Positions 1-9,193 of a stretch of DNA of 64,000 nucleotides are shown piece by piece. Each line of letters opens with the position of its first letter. Position 1 is the first letter of the stretch. The stretch spans positions 448,001 to 512,000 of the forward strand of contig JAWLHJ010000001.1 of the NCBI GenBank assembly GCA_041690395.1, given 5' to 3'. This DNA comes from Longimicrobiales bacterium. Lineage in GTDB: Bacteria; Gemmatimonadota; Gemmatimonadetes; Longimicrobiales; Gaopeijiaceae. Made by a program: the position numbers and the translations under genes. Under the pieces are notes generated by a model, which was given only the letters and a program-made list of their open reading frames with translations, had not been told where the DNA came from and made no database searches.

Positions 1-1
1 C

Positions 2-286
2 AAGAGGGAGGACGGTAGCGTCTGGATCAATGATCGCGACCCGATTGTGTTCATTCACTTCACTGAAAGCTTGGCACGCGGTGTGTTGAGCGATTTGGAC
101 CCGCATCTGCGGCCGCACCTGCGGCGGTTTCATGATGCCCTAGAGAGGTGGTCGCCCGGGTTCGATTACATTGGCCGAGTCAGGCGAAAGGTCGAACGAG
201 AACGCAAGGACTGGCGACGAAAGCTGCGCTACTACGCTACCCGCGTCGTCGAGCGGCTGCTCGGCTCGTTGGGCCTGCGCCATTGA
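2..286 (+). CDS. 3' end of a CDS truncated by the window edge, possibly glycosyltransferase-like
   Basis: Frame is open from base 2 (KREDGSVWINDRDPIVFIHF...) to TGA at 286. Function guessed from the FxHF motif and the EPS context only. Confidence 0.45.
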   Translation, partial: KREDGSVWINDRDPIVFIHFTESLARGVLSDLDPHLRPHLRRFHDALERWSPGFDYIGRVRRKVERERKDWRRKLRYYATRVVERLLGSLGLRH

Positions 287-367
287 CCACTTTCTTGGCG
301 CCACATCCCGTGACTGCCGTCACGCAGTTCTACGAATCACATGGCCGACACACGGGTTATCGGCTAG

Positions 368-1540
368 TCAGCTAACCTCGTCATAGATATCCTCCAGAGC
401 TTCTGCCCGGAGTCTGATATCAAGCGTGGTTTCGACGTGCTCACGAAAAACGTAGGAATCTCGCTCGATCGTGTGTGGATTCTCAGCGTAGCCCCGCAAT
501 GCGTCGACCAACGCGCGTGAGTCTCGCTCGGCCACCAGCCTGTCGGCCAGTCGGCCGTAGATGTGGGGAATATCTGAGTGGTGTGTGGAGATTACTGGCA
601 TCCCGGTTGCCATCATCTGCTGGATGATGAACGGCGTGCCCTCCGCATCCCCGGAGTGTGCGGTCACGCTGGGCGCAACCAACACGTGGCATTCGAAGGC
701 AAGGGCCAAGAGGTCCTCGAACCTAAGGAACGGGTGGTGGCGGACGATGTCTTCCACCGCCAAGCGCCTGATCTGATCGAAGATCGCTGATTTTGTCTCG
801 TCGTCACCAGGCTTCCCCAAGGAGTCGCCTACGAGGTCCAGAGACACTGGGATCCCCTCAGCCTTCAGGCCGGCTAAGGCCTCGATGAGATAGGGTATCC
901 CCTTCTTCTCTCGGAACGTCCCGGCGAAGAGAATCCTGAGTGGCTCGCCGGCCGCGCGATTCCGAGCCCGGAATCGCAGAGCCTGTACGTCCACTCCAAG
1001 CGGATGGACCCGGATCTTCTCCCTCGGATATCCAAGACGCTCCAGCTCGCCGGCCATATACGGGCCAAGTGCCAGGATCCGGTCAATGTGCGGGAAGATC
1101 TCTTGGTAGCGATCTCGCGCCTCAGCAGTCCGTGGTACCTCGAATGCATCCGCTCCGTAGAAACTCACGATCCAGGGCACTCCTAGATGCCGCTGAAGTC
1201 GAGCGTCGCCAAGAGCCACATACCCGAAATGGCTGTGAAGCAAGACGGGCTTGAGCGCCCTTAGACGGAGGGCATCATGAGGGGGTATTGCACCCCCGGA
1301 CAGACGATGCCAAGCTCGCCGAGGCAATGTGTACGGATTCCACCTCCGAGCTTCCAAATCCGGAAACTCCTCCCGGTTGACCAACTCGTCGGCAAAGATG
1401 ACTGGGCGGAACCGGCGGACGTTGCAGAGGTGGTCGTACATCCAGTTCTGAGTGCGAGCGACGAAGCGGTCACATCGTTGGAGTGCTGTTCTCACAGGAG
1501 TTGGTGTTTCCTCAATGTTGTGTCGAGGGGAACTCGGCAA
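368..1540 (-). CDS. GT4 family glycosyltransferase (WcaL-like)
   Basis: LHSHFG, FAGTFREKKG, APSVTAHSGDAEGTP and GMPVISTHHSDIP motifs of the GT-B/GT4 fold; exact start uncertain. Confidence 0.88.
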   Translation of the reverse strand: MPSSPRHNIEETPTPVRTALQRCDRFVARTQNWMYDHLCNVRRFRPVIFADELVNREEFPDLEARRWNPYTLPRRAWHRLSGGAIPPHDALRLRALKPVLLHSHFGYVALGDARLQRHLGVPWIVSFYGADAFEVPRTAEARDRYQEIFPHIDRILALGPYMAGELERLGYPREKIRVHPLGVDVQALRFRARNRAAGEPLRILFAGTFREKKGIPYLIEALAGLKAEGIPVSLDLVGDSLGKPGDDETKSAIFDQIRRLAVEDIVRHHPFLRFEDLLALAFECHVLVAPSVTAHSGDAEGTPFIIQQMMATGMPVISTHHSDIPHIYGRLADRLVAERDSRALVDALRGYAENPHTIERDSYVFREHVETTLDIRLRAEALEDIYDEVS

Positions 1541-1735
1541 CTGCGGCGGCAGACCGGCGAAAGGTACAAGCGTTGAGAAGCGGTTTCACGACTTATGAAG
1601 CGAGAATTCTACGGAGTGCTTCGGTCAATCTCAAGGAACTGAGTGCATCTTGCTGATAGTCGTTACAGCAGCCGGAGGGGCGCCGTCGTTGTGCCGCGTG
1701 TGCCGAGACGGCAATGACAGGTAGCTAGCAGAAAT

Positions 1736-2250
1736 ATGGCCGCTGTTCGCTCTCTGGCTTATTTCGCTTGGGCTCTCGTAGAATGCTCAAGAGTGTTGAC
1801 CCATCCATACGCGACCACCCGGGGCGCTCGCGAAGGAGCACTATCGGATGACCCAGACGGAAAGGACTTGCCGCCCATTTCGTCGCCCGCCAATGAATAC
1901 GAGCGCGGGGCGTATCGCTACCGAACGACCTTTTTCGGCGTGATCACCGGCGCGTTCAACGTATGGGGATGCTCCGATGCCCTTGCTGCCGGGGAGGACG
2001 CGTTCGACACCTGTACACTTGTGGGGGGCAGCTTGAGTGGGAGACCGAACTGCTAGGACGCTGGACCATCGCCGATGACGCTACCTATCGCTTCTCAGGC
2101 CATCAAGTGCGGTCGATTGAATCCCAGTTCGGCTGCTCAGAAGCGGTCCGCACTTGCGTCCAAGTCCCCGAGCCGAGTTCGGTCATGCTCACAGCGCTGA
2201 GTCTCGTGGTACTCCTCGGCATCAGTCTACGCCCAAGGGCTGGCGTGGGA
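1736..2250 (+). pseudogene. Degraded or frameshifted PEP-CTERM sorting-domain protein
   Basis: VPEPSSVMLTALSLVVLLGISLRPR encoded at 2164-2238. Protein-like upstream sequence is in another frame (ORF 1736..2056), with a probable shift at the G6 run near 2023-2028. No signal peptide and no stop codon soon after the motif. Confidence 0.6.
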
Positions 2251-2308
2251 CGCGAAGCCTCGACCATCACTTCTCACGGGGAGACCCTCAATAGATCGGT
2301 CGATAGGC

Positions 2309-2340
2309 CGGGGGGGCGGGCCTGCAGGCCCGCCCCCCCG
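2309..2340. terminator. Perfect 32-bp GC palindrome, probable bidirectional terminator
   Basis: CGGGGGGGCGGGCCTGCAGGCCCGCCCCCCCG is its own reverse complement and lies between convergent genes. Confidence 0.65.
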
Positions 2341-2376
2341 AGGAATCAAAGCTGGCGACTGATCCAGCCGTCTTAC

Positions 2377-4845
2377 CTATCGAGCGAATGGCTCGGCTTC
2401 ACCCGGTACGTAGGATCCCACCCACCCATCCTTGCTGGCCGCAAAGCCACCGATCAAGAACCACTGGTCAAACGCTACCCGATCGCCCCCTGGCCCATTG
2501 TTACCGATATGGATGGACCTTAGGCTGAGGGCGTTTGCGTCCGTGAACAAGGTCAAGGGCTTGCGGTCTCCGAGAGACTGCCCGTTGTCATAGCTGGAGT
2601 TGACGTTGCTCGCATCCCAGATCGGAGTATCCATACTGATCGACTCGTCATAGATTCGCATGTCGAAATCACTTGCGTTCACGCTCAGGCGGGTAAAGGC
2701 GATTTCGATCCGATACGCGATTCCAGGCTGTAGCTCCGCCTCGAACTTTCCGTCGGAGGTCAATCCGATGTCCGGGCGTCCCATGTAGTAGGGGATATAT
2801 GGACCATTGCTGCCGTTGATCTCTCCCACGACGTACATCATCCAGCGATACCCTCCCGATGCGTTCGCGGCGTCGGGTTCTGGCTGGAAGTAATGTGGCG
2901 TGCCTACATACGTGTCCTTGTTCTCGGGGTAGTAGTACAGATAGTGGCGGTAGTAAAGGGTTTCACCGACCTCAAGCGCATCCGTCACAACCTTGGACGG
3001 CATCCTGCTGTCCGGGTACTGGCCTGTATAATGGTATTGGACCTGGAGTGCGTTGGCTGTCGGGAAGTTCACTCCCGCTGGCACCCGGATAACCTCTAGC
3101 GGGTCGGTTCCCTCTACGGCGTTTACGCCCGTACCAGGATTCCATCTGTTCCCGTCTCGGATCGCATTCTCGCTCTTACCCGTCGCTGTACTCCAATCCG
3201 CTGCAAACACCAGCTCGGGCTGAACACCCGGAGGTAGCGGCTCCTTGACATCCACCTGCGCCGGATTTGACTCTGCGCTGCAGCAGAGCGTCGTCGCCAT
3301 GATCGCGGCCGTTCCAGCGGCCTTGGCTAGTAGCTGACCCATGTTGTCCACCTCCACGACGGACGGGTTGGTACTGGTGAGGCTGAACTCGTAGCCGTCG
3401 AGGATATTCCCCGAGGCGTCGCGCACAACGGCGGTAACGGACGTGGTTTGGCCCACTTCGAGCAAAATCGACGCCGGCGAAAGTTCCACATACGCTCCTG
3501 CGGGCAGTTCGGTCCCCGCAGAAGCCACGGTGACTGACTGCTCTCCCGAAATGCCCCCGGCGGCGGCCCGGACGGTAGCGGAGCCGGCGGCGAGCGCCGT
3601 CACCAGGCCGTTCCCGGAGACGCTCAGGACAGCCGGATCACTCACCGACCACATGAACTCCGCTCCAGGTACTTGATTCCCGTCGGCATCCAGGGCCTCG
3701 GCCGTGAACTGCTGCGTCGCTCCGATCTCGAGAGAAGCGCTAGAGGGAGCCAGGGATACCGAGGTGACGGCCCCAGCGCCTGCCTCCGCCGTGAATTCGA
3801 CCTCAGGGAGGCCATCCACGCTGGCCCTGATCGACTGCGTGCCAACGGTGGTTCCGAGCGTCCACGTCGCACCGTGGCGTCCCTCTGCGTCGGTGCCTCC
3901 GGCCGGGACAACGAGCTGCCCTCCGCCGGAAGTGACGCTCCAAGACACCGTGACCCCAGAAACCGGAGCCCCGTCCACATCGAGCACTTGGACGACGAGC
4001 GCTTGGGAAAGCGCTTCGCCCACGGTGCCCGACTGCCCCTGGCCGCTCACGATGGCCAGGCTATTCGCACTACCACTCACCCCAATGACCTCGGCGGTAG
4101 CCACATTGGGACCTGACTTCGCCGTAACGGTGGTGGTGCCGGTGGCCATGATCTGCACGAGCCCGGCGTCGCTCACTGTGGCGATCTCGGTATTCGCGCT
4201 CTCCCAGCTGACCGTGTGGGGCTCTACCGAGTTGTCGTATGCATCCCTGGCGTGAATCTCCAAGGACACGGAATCACCCGGCTCCGCGGCCACCGGAGAC
4301 GGGTCGATGCGCATGGAGCTGATGGACGACGGCCGCGCCGTGGCCTCGAACCCCGTCTTCTTGCCCTTGTTGCGCTCGGGAGCCCCCGAGGGCCCACCTT
4401 CAACCGTGTTCGGATCATGAGGGAGCACGATGGCTGCTTCGGCGGATTGCACCCTGGCCTGGGTGCCGAGTTCCCAGTTGACCGACGCGATCCCGTCGGC
4501 GTTGGTGACACTGGTCACCTCGCTACCGGCCTGCCCCGATGCCCCAAGGCCGCGACCCGCCGTGAAGGTCCAGAGGACCTCGGCACCGGAGACGGGCTGC
4601 CCATCCCCGGAGGTTACCCGGACCATCAGCGGCTCCGGAAGGGGCGACCCGACCACACCTTCCTGCGAGGCGCCGCCCACGACAGTGATGTTCGCCGCGG
4701 TGAGGTCGATATCCAGAACCGAACGAACCTCTCCTGCGTCGGTCGGCACCCGGTCGCAGCCGAGAGTGAACGCAGTCAATGTGATCAAGGCAAAGCGAAC
4801 GAAGTCGAACGCCCGCCCGCCACCTGTGGTAGTTGCCCAGCGCAT
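2377..4845 (-). CDS. Ig-like repeat (Big_1/Big_2) surface lipoprotein with a C-terminal putative glycan-binding or lyase-like beta domain
   Basis: Hydrophobic stretch plus lipobox (ALITLTAFTLGC). Two invasin-like repeats (Q.GxVG..L..PL.V.V....G.PVSG..V.W) and several Big_2 repeats (WxSx.....VS..GLVTA...G...V.A). Aromatic-rich C-terminal ~280 aa. Start placed at ATG 4845. Confidence 0.8.
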   Translation of the reverse strand: MRWATTTGGGRAFDFVRFALITLTAFTLGCDRVPTDAGEVRSVLDIDLTAANITVVGGASQEGVVGSPLPEPLMVRVTSGDGQPVSGAEVLWTFTAGRGLGASGQAGSEVTSVTNADGIASVNWELGTQARVQSAEAAIVLPHDPNTVEGGPSGAPERNKGKKTGFEATARPSSISSMRIDPSPVAAEPGDSVSLEIHARDAYDNSVEPHTVSWESANTEIATVSDAGLVQIMATGTTTVTAKSGPNVATAEVIGVSGSANSLAIVSGQGQSGTVGEALSQALVVQVLDVDGAPVSGVTVSWSVTSGGGQLVVPAGGTDAEGRHGATWTLGTTVGTQSIRASVDGLPEVEFTAEAGAGAVTSVSLAPSSASLEIGATQQFTAEALDADGNQVPGAEFMWSVSDPAVLSVSGNGLVTALAAGSATVRAAAGGISGEQSVTVASAGTELPAGAYVELSPASILLEVGQTTSVTAVVRDASGNILDGYEFSLTSTNPSVVEVDNMGQLLAKAAGTAAIMATTLCCSAESNPAQVDVKEPLPPGVQPELVFAADWSTATGKSENAIRDGNRWNPGTGVNAVEGTDPLEVIRVPAGVNFPTANALQVQYHYTGQYPDSRMPSKVVTDALEVGETLYYRHYLYYYPENKDTYVGTPHYFQPEPDAANASGGYRWMMYVVGEINGSNGPYIPYYMGRPDIGLTSDGKFEAELQPGIAYRIEIAFTRLSVNASDFDMRIYDESISMDTPIWDASNVNSSYDNGQSLGDRKPLTLFTDANALSLRSIHIGNNGPGGDRVAFDQWFLIGGFAASKDGWVGSYVPGEAEPFAR

Positions 4846-4988
4846 AGCCGATGCTCCACGGATTTCGGGGCTCGCCCCTCGCCGTGCGAGGTGGTCGGCC
4901 CTTTCCTGTCTCGTTCCCTCGCCCACCGCTTTGCGGGCGTGAGGGGAGCAACATGGATTGCCACCAGAAGGTCCTCCTCTCGGGAGAC

Positions 4989-5083
4989 CCGCTGGCGGCT
5001 CGGCTGGCATGACGACGGATTCGTCGTGGTAGCCCCTTGACTCTGCGTCACCGTCTTTCGACGGGGTTGCTCTGTTTCAGCGG
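4989..5083 (-). ncRNA. c-di-GMP-I (GEMM-I) class riboswitch aptamer, A20 variant
   Basis: Minus strand reads CCGCUG AAACAG A GCAACCCCGUC-GAAA-GACGGUGACGC AGAG UCAAGGGGCUACC ACGACG AAUC CGUCGU CAUGCCAGCCGAGCCG C CAGCGG. P1 is CCGCUG/CAGCGG, P2 carries a GAAA tetraloop and GACGC, P3 carries a CUA../AUG receptor. It sits in a 5' leader. Confidence 0.85.
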
Positions 5084-5127
5084 TGCGTTTCGGCGGCGCA
5101 TCTGTTCGTTGCGTCGTCACCACGTTA

Positions 5128-5143
5128 AGCAATAGCTATGCCA
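5128..5143 (-). promoter_or_regulatory. sigma54 (-24/-12) promoter for the riboswitch and Ig-repeat lipoprotein
   Basis: Minus strand TGGCAT-AGCTA-TTGCT, near-perfect match to TGGCAC-N5-TTGC(A/T), about 45 nt upstream of the aptamer. Confidence 0.75.
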
Positions 5144-5242
5144 GGCCAACGCCCATGGGGGTCCTGGGCTGGGAAGCCATGGTGAACAGGCCGAGGGGCG
5201 TGGACCGAGACGCAACAGGTCCTGCCATGGGGAAAGCGGCGC

Positions 5243-6475
5243 CTAGAGCCGGAAACCTTTTGCCGCCCTGAGGAGCTCGAGGAGCCGACGTCGGTCGGTC
5301 CTTGACACCAAGGAATGGGAGGGGAGCGTGATGAGCTCCCGGGCCAACTGCTCAGCCCCGCCGAGTCCGCTTGGCTGCGCATGCCAGAGCGCCTTGACGG
5401 CTTCGAGGCGCGAAAGGGGAAGAGGGTACCCAGGGCTCACCCCGAGCCAACGGCCTCGCTCCAGGAGGCGATCCCGGACCTCCGGGTCGGGCACTAGGAC
5501 CGGGATTCTGAGGTACGAAGACCGACCTCGGTCCAGGGGTCTGCAGAACGTTGCCGAGGGCATGTCCAGGCCCTGCTCGCTCCACTTCTCGACCGAGAGC
5601 CGGCGGACATCGACCTCGGCGAAGGCGAGATCCTCGTGGGCCAAGATCGTGGCGGCAGCCGCGGGCGGCATGGACCGGGGCGACGAAGGCGCACTGTACA
5701 CGGTCTCGCCCAGCTCGAGGCCGGGCAGGAGGTTCGGTAGAGCATAGAGCCATGGGCGGCCCAGGAGCCACTGTGCCATGGACAGACTCCACGTCCGGGT
5801 CCCCGAGAAGGGGTCGTGACTGAGCAGATCCGAAGCTCGATCCTGCGCCCTCTCTATGATCTGGGGATGGCGCACGAGCAGAGCACCCCCGCCTCCGCCC
5901 GTCCAGCCCTTCCCGCGGCCGAAGCTCAACACCGTGAGGTCGCCGAAACTGCCTCCCTTTCGACCTTTCCACCCCGAACCCATTCCTTGTGCAGCGTCCT
6001 CGATGAGGAGCGCTCCAGCCCCATGCGTCGCGCTGCGAAGCTCGGTCCAGTCCAGCGGGAACCCGTATAGGTTGCCGGCGACCACGGCGACCGGAGGTTT
6101 GTACTTCGTCCGCCCCTGTCCTTCAGGTCGCAGCCCGGCGGCCAGCGATGTCATGTCGGGCGCGAGGGAGATCGGGTCGATGTCGTAAAACATCACAGGC
6201 ACGTGCGCACCGGCCGCCGCTGTCACCAGATCGAAGCACGAGTACGCCGGGAGGGCCATGGGGCCACCTGGGCGAAGCTCCTGGGCCAACTCCATCGCGA
6301 TCTGAAGCGCATGCGTGCCCGAATCCGTCAACAGAACCAAGGGAGCGTCGAAGCGGGCGGCGAGACGGGCCTCCAGCTCGGCCAAAGTGCGCTCCGGAGC
6401 AAGTACTGCCGTCTTCGCCGCGGCCAAGAGCCGGTGGGCACGGAGGGGCGAATAGCTTGCGAGCTGGCGTCGCAT
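5243..6475 (-). CDS. DegT/DnrJ/EryC1/StrS family PLP-dependent sugar aminotransferase-like protein
   Basis: TDSGTHAL, LIEDAAQG, SFGRGK (PLP lysine position) and C-terminal ITLPSH. Confidence 0.85.
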   Translation of the reverse strand: MRRQLASYSPLRAHRLLAAAKTAVLAPERTLAELEARLAARFDAPLVLLTDSGTHALQIAMELAQELRPGGPMALPAYSCFDLVTAAAGAHVPVMFYDIDPISLAPDMTSLAAGLRPEGQGRTKYKPPVAVVAGNLYGFPLDWTELRSATHGAGALLIEDAAQGMGSGWKGRKGGSFGDLTVLSFGRGKGWTGGGGGALLVRHPQIIERAQDRASDLLSHDPFSGTRTWSLSMAQWLLGRPWLYALPNLLPGLELGETVYSAPSSPRSMPPAAAATILAHEDLAFAEVDVRRLSVEKWSEQGLDMPSATFCRPLDRGRSSYLRIPVLVPDPEVRDRLLERGRWLGVSPGYPLPLSRLEAVKALWHAQPSGLGGAEQLARELITLPSHSLVSRTDRRRLLELLRAAKGFRL

Positions 6476-6640
6476 CAGACCGGGGAGAGAATGGAATCTT
6501 CGACCAACTCGAAGTTAACGTCGGCATACCCATTCGCGAGATCGGTGGCCTGCGAGGGCCCGGTCGACATATGGCGTTTGGTCCACCCCGACTTCCTTTG
6601 GCACATTCTTACGCTGCCCTGACTTTCACCGACCCCCCGC

Positions 6641-7903
6641 ATGCGCCTCGCCTCTCATGTCCGAATTGGGACCCTCCTCCGGTGGTCCATGGCCATTGGG
6701 TGGATCTGCCTCGTAGCCCTCATCACCTTCACGCCCGCAGCGCCGAGTCGCGCCTGGGTCGAGGGAGGTTACAGGACCTGCATCATCTGCGGTGAGCGAG
6801 GGACGGGTGACGCTATCCTGAACGTCGTGCTTTTCGTCCCTCTTGGGCTCCTTCTGGGCCGCATGTGGTCCCCCGGCAAGGTCGCCCTGGTGGGACTCCT
6901 GGTGTCCGGAGTCGTCGAGGGGGTTCAGGCTTCGGTGCCAGGGCGATTCTCCGGCGTTGCGGACTTGGTCTGGAATACCACGGGAGCGGGCTTGGGGGCG
7001 TGGATGGCCGCATACCTGGCTCACGTTCTCCGCATACCACGACCCTGGAGCCTGTCTCCTCGACGTCCTGCCGCGCTCCTCGCCAGCTCTCTCCCGCTGG
7101 CGTACCTGACTTCCTTCGGGGTCCTCCTTCATCCGGTGGGGACCGAAGAGCCCTATGTGGGCATGGTGAACCCCCGATTGGAGCAGTTCGCAAGGTATCC
7201 TGGAGAGATCCACCACGTTGAGCTGAGCGGAGAACCGCTTTCCAGCGTCCCGTGGATCCCGAAGTTCGATCCGCGCTTCGCACCTGATGAGGAATGGGTA
7301 CTGCGTCTAGCGGTCACCAAGGCTCCCCCACCTGACGGCATCGCGGCTTTGGCGACCATATACGACATGGAACAGAACGAGATCCTTCTGCTCGGCGTGC
7401 TGGGCGAGGATCTGGTCTGGCGGGAGCGGAGGTGGGCAGATGTGGCCCGAATGGACCGACCCCTCATGCGGTGGAGAGGAGCCCTTCGAGAGTTGCTCTC
7501 GGGAGATACCGCGGTCATCGAAGTCCGAGGCACGGGAACCGCGCGTTGTCTAGCTGTGGACGCGGCGACTCGCTGTGACCTGGGTGTCACTCCGGGAGAT
7601 ACCTGGTCCTTCCTGCTATCCCTGGATGGGGCTTCTGCATCGCTGCAGGCGGTTCTCGGGACGGGGTGGATGGCTGTGCTCCTGTTTCCCCTGGGGCTTC
7701 TGGGTGGGCCGCTGACGAGGACGGTCGCGTTGGGCGGTCTCACTGCCATCGGGGTGCTTCTGATCGCCGTCCTTACGCCCTTCTCGCCGCCCCCCTGGTG
7801 GGAGTGGAGCGGCTTTGTTCTCGGCGTCGTGGTCGGTATCGGCTCGCGTGCTCCGACGACGGCATTCCTTTCCGGCGGCCCCCGATTCATGTCCGCCCCT
7901 TGA
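6641..7903 (+). CDS. VanZ family membrane protein with a periplasmic domain
   Basis: DAILNVVLFVPLG, VEGVQASVPGRFSGVADLVWNTTG VanZ motifs; several transmembrane segments. Confidence 0.8.
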   Translation: MRLASHVRIGTLLRWSMAIGWICLVALITFTPAAPSRAWVEGGYRTCIICGERGTGDAILNVVLFVPLGLLLGRMWSPGKVALVGLLVSGVVEGVQASVPGRFSGVADLVWNTTGAGLGAWMAAYLAHVLRIPRPWSLSPRRPAALLASSLPLAYLTSFGVLLHPVGTEEPYVGMVNPRLEQFARYPGEIHHVELSGEPLSSVPWIPKFDPRFAPDEEWVLRLAVTKAPPPDGIAALATIYDMEQNEILLLGVLGEDLVWRERRWADVARMDRPLMRWRGALRELLSGDTAVIEVRGTGTARCLAVDAATRCDLGVTPGDTWSFLLSLDGASASLQAVLGTGWMAVLLFPLGLLGGPLTRTVALGGLTAIGVLLIAVLTPFSPPPWWEWSGFVLGVVVGIGSRAPTTAFLSGGPRFMSAP

Positions 7904-8023
7904 GATAAGGTCGGCATGGAACGTGTCTTGCCGCTGCAGTCCGGTCGACCCAGGAGCATCAGCGCGCTTCCCGGGTAACCGGCTCCAGTCCCACCTGCAT
8001 TCGTCCTCAGACCTCCTCCCTGC

Positions 8024-9193
8024 GTGTCTGCTTCGAAAGAAAAACCTCAGCGCACGCGCCCCGCCGTCTACGTCGGGCATGTGGAGGACGGGCACAACGA
8101 AGGCCTCGCCACCTTCTTTCGGTCGGTCTGGTCTCCGACGGCAACAGGTGAGAGCGTGGCGGGCTGGCGAGCCGACGAGGCGGAGCACAACCCGGCGGAT
8201 CCGGGCGTCGAGCCGCCCAAGTGGATCTTCACTCGGGACGAGGTGGTCCTCGGATACCTCGGGACGATCCCTGACCGCTTCTCTGTAGGGGGGGAGAGCT
8301 TCCCCGCATACTGGCTCAAGGGATTTCAGGTGGATCCGGCCTTCCGGTCGGGTCCGGTCGGGTTCGAGATCCTGCGGACCGCGATTGGGTCCTTGCAGGC
8401 AGCTGCCGCGACCGTAGTCGCTCCGGAGGCCAGACGGCTGTTCGAGGCCCACGGACTTCGGGATCTCGGTGTTCTGTTCAACCGGATCCTGCCCTTACGG
8501 CCGGCCCGTATCTTGGCTCGACTTGAGCCTGCAAGAGTTCTGGAGGGCGTCCCGTCGTACATCCAGACGGGGACCGACGTGGTCCGGCGGACCGGCCTCG
8601 CGTATCCTGCTGGCGTCGCCGTATCGGCGGCTCTGGCCTTCGGCTCGATGCTGCGCGGCCGACCGCCGCGCGGCCTGCGGACGACGGTTGGCTGGGATGC
8701 GATATTGGACGAGGCGATCGATGCTGTCTGGGACGAGTTTCGCGCCCAGGTATCGTACGCAGCCCTTCGGGATGCGCGCTTCGTCCGCTGGCGGTATCAG
8801 GATGGCGACCGCTACCAGGTTGTCGCGGTGTGGGCCAACGGGGTCCTGCGGGGATGGGCGGTGGTGCGACGACCCGGCCCGGCCGCGCAAGGCCGATTGG
8901 AGGGCCTGTCCGTAGCCACGCTTACCGACGTCGTCTTCCTTCCGCAAGATACACCTGCAGGGTTGGCCGTGGTGGCGGCGGCGGAGAGGCTGGCCACAGA
9001 GATGGGCGCAGACGCAGTGCTGTGCTCGGGATCACATCCGGCTCTTGGTCGGGTACTGTCCCGACGCAGCTTTCTCAAAATACCCGGGAACGTGCACTTC
9101 ATGGCCAGGGATGCCGACGACAGATGTTTTCCGGGTCCGCTCGAGTCGTGGTGGCTTACACGTGGCGACGGGCAGGCCGATGGAGCTTTCTGA
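8024..9193 (+). CDS. GNAT-fold N-acyltransferase (tandem GNAT-like)
   Basis: FQVDPAFRSGPVG acyl-CoA loop-like motif, RDARFVRWRY, C-terminal WWLTRGDG typical of EPS-associated GNATs. Confidence 0.65.
   Translation: MSASKEKPQRTRPAVYVGHVEDGHNEGLATFFRSVWSPTATGESVAGWRADEAEHNPADPGVEPPKWIFTRDEVVLGYLGTIPDRFSVGGESFPAYWLKGFQVDPAFRSGPVGFEILRTAIGSLQAAAATVVAPEARRLFEAHGLRDLGVLFNRILPLRPARILARLEPARVLEGVPSYIQTGTDVVRRTGLAYPAGVAVSAALAFGSMLRGRPPRGLRTTVGWDAILDEAIDAVWDEFRAQVSYAALRDARFVRWRYQDGDRYQVVAVWANGVLRGWAVVRRPGPAAQGRLEGLSVATLTDVVFLPQDTPAGLAVVAAAERLATEMGADAVLCSGSHPALGRVLSRRSFLKIPGNVHFMARDADDRCFPGPLESWWLTRGDGQADGAF

Noticed and set aside
6600..6616. sigma54 promoter upstream of the VanZ gene (TGGCACATTCTTACGC)
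   Set aside because: GG to GC spacing is 11, not the strictly required 10.
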